Of a DNA stretch of 14,543 bases, positions 14,442-14,543 are shown piece by piece. How positions within the stretch are numbered: position 1 is the first letter of the stretch; each line of letters starts with the position of its first letter. Position numbers and translations under genes: made by a program. Origin of the DNA: PVC group bacterium (lineage in GTDB: Bacteria; GCA-001730085; JADFSZ01); the NCBI GenBank assembly GCA_022560555.1, contig JADFSZ010000020.1, positions 1 to 14,543 of the forward strand, read 5' to 3'. A model generated the notes under the pieces. That model was given only the letters and a program-made list of their open reading frames with translations, was not told the DNA's origin and made no database searches.

Positions 14442-14543
14442 GGGATAATGATTGAGGGTTAGTGTAAAGGATTTTTAAGATATGGGAACCAATGGGTCTA
14501 TCCATAACCTTTGATACTATTTTTCATCAAACGAACCAATACG

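Noticed and set aside
14442-14543. Possible 3' end of another minus-strand gene at the right edge (one frame reads RIGSFDEK-stop, ending at 14517), and possible cysS promoter hexamers (TTGGTT-17-TATCAA).
   Set aside because: Only 8 codons are visible and all three frames hit stops within about 45 nt, so no gene can be supported. The hexamer matches are weak and unverifiable without transcript data.
1-14543. I looked for CRISPR repeats, IS or transposon ends, integrase or recombinase genes, toxin-antitoxin-sized gene pairs, and known defence-system signatures.
   Set aside because: No spaced direct repeats, terminal inverted repeats, or nuclease, ATPase or recombinase motifs were seen. Every gene-sized ORF is accounted for by the annotations above.

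Overview
All 13 coding regions I can support lie on the minus strand and are tightly packed. There are three ATGA stop/start overlaps, one 8-nt overlap, and only two intergenic gaps of about 90 bp or more. I saw no tRNA, rRNA, CRISPR array, transposase, integrase or long repeat. Reading in the direction of transcription (high to low coordinates), gaps and putative signals suggest three units. (A) cysS, then a PilZ-TM-coiled-coil-toroid fusion protein, a secreted retropepsin-like aspartic protease, and an HTH / 12-TM GT-C-like / TPR membrane protein. (B) After a sigma70-like promoter embedded in a 10-bp palindrome: a 495-aa two-TM protein with no motifs I recognise, an overlapping 164-aa basic secreted protein, and ftsA with no ftsQ or ftsZ beside it. 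This unit ends at a long hairpin. (C) gltX, an overlapping 150-aa coiled-coil protein, cutA, then an exopolysaccharide-type trio: GT4, a CE4 polysaccharide deacetylase, and a membrane GT2 that runs off the window at position 1. The GT2 is missing from the supplied ORF track and I translated it by hand. The best candidate for something undescribed is the five-gene block at 6363-12900 between cysS and ftsA, especially the PilZ fusion with its protease and GT-C neighbours, which looks like a c-di-GMP-controlled extracytoplasmic glycan or glycoprotein module. The second candidate is the 495-aa/164-aa pair sitting where ftsQ normally lies. All family assignments come from motifs read by eye, because no database search was possible. 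The operon structure is inference.
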